From assembly GCA_023213395.1 (NCBI GenBank), contig CM041465.1:75461741-75525740 (forward strand): a stretch of DNA of 64,000 bases, read 5' to 3'. The notes under the pieces were generated by a model, which saw only the letters and a list, made by a program, of their open reading frames with translations, did no database searches and had not been told where the DNA came from. The stretch comes from Cycas panzhihuaensis (lineage: Eukaryota; Plantae; Cycadophyta). Of the stretch, positions 61,482 through 64,000 are shown one piece after another. The position numbers were made by a program, and so were the translations under genes. The first letter of the stretch is position 1. The number at the start of each line of letters is the position of its first letter.

Positions 61482-64000
61482 ATGACTGCTATCAATATGC
61501 TAAATGCATGCACCATTCGATTAACAGGTCAAGATAACTACCAAGAATGGAAAAGAATCACTCAAAATTTGCTAATCATGAATGAATTTTTGGGTTATGT
61601 TTCTGGAAGATTACCCCATCATATACCTGTTGTCAATGGCAATGTAATTGTGCAACCTGATGATGCTTTAGTTGCTGCTTGGGAAGCCAAAGATGAAATT
61701 GCTTTGGCATTCCTTCATATGATTATTGATGTACATGTGGATCAAAACATTGCTTGTGCTAAAACTTCTAAGGAAGCTTGGGACATTTTGTCCTTATTGT
61801 ATGAAAGGCGAGATGAAGCTCGCATTTTAATGGTAAAAGCCAAGTTGTATTCTGTAAAGTTTGTCAAGCCTATATCGGCTTTTCTTTCCTCCATCAAGGA
61901 GGTATGTAATGAATTGAATACACTAAGTAGTCCAACAACAAGAGATAAACTGATCACATCTATCACCAAAGCTTTGCCAAAGGACTAAATGGCTTCATAT
62001 CATCTACTACAAGAGATGGTTCTCTCAAAAGAATGACATTTAATGAATTTGAAAGTCTACTACTTCAACAAGAATAAATCTACACCAAGGATAATGAGGA
62101 GGAACCATCCACATCAAGTGCATTCACGGCCAAATCAAAGGCCAAGCAGAATCCAAAACCTGCACTCTCAAAGCAGTTTAGGAACATGAACATTGGGTCC
62201 TCAAGGACCAATGTTGTATGTCATTATTGTGGAAAACCTGGCCACATAGCACCTGATTGTCAGAAAAAGCAAGCGGATCTACGTCCAAAGCAAAGAACAA
62301 CCACGATAACCAAATCGGAATAAAGATCCACGTCAACAATACCAACAAAGATTCCAAAGAAGAATAACAAAGAAGAATAGCAACCCCCTCAACCAAATCG
62401 AGGTGCCTATCGAGGAGGTCAAAGAGGAAGGGGGGGTTTTAGAGGTGGCAATCAACGCCACTTTGATCAGTTTGCAGATGAAGACAAATTGTTTTGTGCA
62501 TATCAAACATCCAAGGTTGATGAAACTTGTATTATTGATTCTGGAGCTTCACAACACATGACTGGAAGTGAAGAGCTCCTCACCGACATCAAGGAAGATA
62601 AAGGTCAATCAGTGACCTTTGGAAACAATCAATCTGTTAAAATTTCTAGAATATGCACAATAACTCCATTTCATTCTTCATCAAATCCTTCCTCCTCATT
62701 TCCCAATGGCAATGCTTATTTCATACCTTCAATAGACAAGAACTTACTATCTGTTAGCAAGTTGGACAAGCAACAGATGAGTGTCTTGTTCAAAAATGGA
62801 AAATGTGTAATCAGTGACAAAGATGACCAAGTAGTAGCTGTTGAATATGAGGATCAAGGCCTCTACAAATTGGATGCAAATAATATTACACTTGATTATG
62901 CTTACTCTGGTTCAATTGTCACTCCATACTTGTCCAAGATGCAACTTTGGCATCAATGTCTAGGCCATTTGAGCTTAGACAACCGAGGCGATGATCAACA
63001 AGAATATGGTACATGGGCTTCCAAAGATCTATGGCACAAAATGTCTTTGTGAAGCATGCATTATGGGGACTCAGCATCGCTTGCCTTTCCCTAAAGGCAA
63101 AGCATGGAGTGCATCACATCCTTTGTAACTGATACACTCAGATTTCTGTAGACCTATGTCCAACGCATCTTTTGGAGGAGCTTTATATTACATCTCCTTC
63201 ATTAATGACTTTTCTCACAAAGTCTGGGTCTACTTCATCAAGCACAAGTATGAAGCTTTTTCCAAATTCAAAGAATTCAAGCTTGAAGTAGAAAATGAGT
63301 CTGGCCACTCAATCAAAACATTAAGGACAGACAACGGAGGTGAATTTACTTCAAATGAATTCACTCAATAATGCAAGGATAACGGCATTCGGAGACAACT
63401 GACTATTCCTCACACTCCTCAACAAAATGGGATCTCCGAGAGAATGAACAGAACTTTGGCTAATAAAGCCAAAGCAATGATAGGACTCACTCGAGCTTCG
63501 GTAAGCATTTAACATGACCTATGTGGCCAATCGCGATCCAACTACAGTGCCCACCAATATGACACCGAGGAGGCATGGTGCAGCAAAATCCAATCACAAC
63601 CATTTGAGGACTTTTGGGTGCACTGCTTATATGCACATCCCCGATCAGCAAAGGACAAAATTAGACAAGCATAGTCTAAAATGCATCTTTGTAGGATATG
63701 TCATTCACAAAGAAAGCCTACAAGTTGTATGACCCCATGGGGAAGAAAATGCATCTCTCAAGAGATGTCATTTTCTTGAAGAAGATCATAAGGAGTTGCA
63801 AACAACATCCCCGCAACCTTCCATTGACAACTGCAGAAGAAGATTGTTGAGGCTTTCCTTCCTCTCAATCTTCTACACCATGTACATCATCTCGCACTTT
63901 GGACCGCTCACATCATCTCGATCCGCTACACTTGATCCAAGCACATCTTACGTTGACCAACCACTTAGACCGTAAAAATCTTGAGGTTCAAGTTACTTCG
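61482..64000 (+). pseudogene. gag-pol: Copia C gag-PR-INT, with stops and frameshifts; truncated by the window end
   Basis: IRLTGQDNYQEWK...KTSKEAWDIL (gag); CHYCGKPGHIAPDC (~62218); IIDSGASQHMT (PR); LWHQCLGH; IKTLRTDNGGEF and HLRTFGC (INT). Confidence 0.93.

Larger units (their letters stand above)
53759..64000 (+). mobile_element. Ty1/copia element C inserted in the RNase H of A; interrupted by D; runs off the window
   Basis: LTR 53759-54312 (TGTTAAAC...TTTCACA), perfect PBS TGGTATCAGAGC at 54315-54326, ~2-kb net leader, gag from 61482. Predicted TSD is TAAGA. Confidence 0.92.

Overview
Gene-free, transposon-saturated window from a large plant genome. The element families and the LINE 'QFVDD' motif suggest a gymnosperm-like host (inference). 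No host protein-coding gene, rRNA, tRNA gene or CRISPR array is supported. From left to right: (1) the 5' part of a decayed minus-strand non-chromovirus Ty3/gypsy element (gag-protease, PBS, LTR) with a small gag-only copia derivative (5192-7377, TSD GAAAT) nested in its LTR; (2) an old full-length minus-strand Ty1/copia (14184-20119, TSD AAGGA); (3) an orphan LTR (21944-22431); (4) an old full-length copia (25525-30782, TSD ATTAT); (5) a tRNA-like SINE head (~31.3 kb); (6) a gag-only chromovirus-derived element (36464-44014, TSD CATAA) whose 3' LTR carries a young 5'-truncated RNase H-encoding L1 LINE (39353-43934, 18-bp TSD); (7) a three-level copia nest running off the right end: A (from 44713) contains non-autonomous B (49332-51717) and C (from 53759), and C contains the young D (55050-60194). 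The most interesting signals are cis-acting: a covarying hairpin that places the polypurine tract and LTR start in its loop in several unrelated copia families; a repeat-spacer array of U5-end/tRNA-iMet PBS junctions that has lengthened an LTR, with fossil junctions in two other families; and dense multi-helix RNA islands just upstream of gag in two copia leaders.
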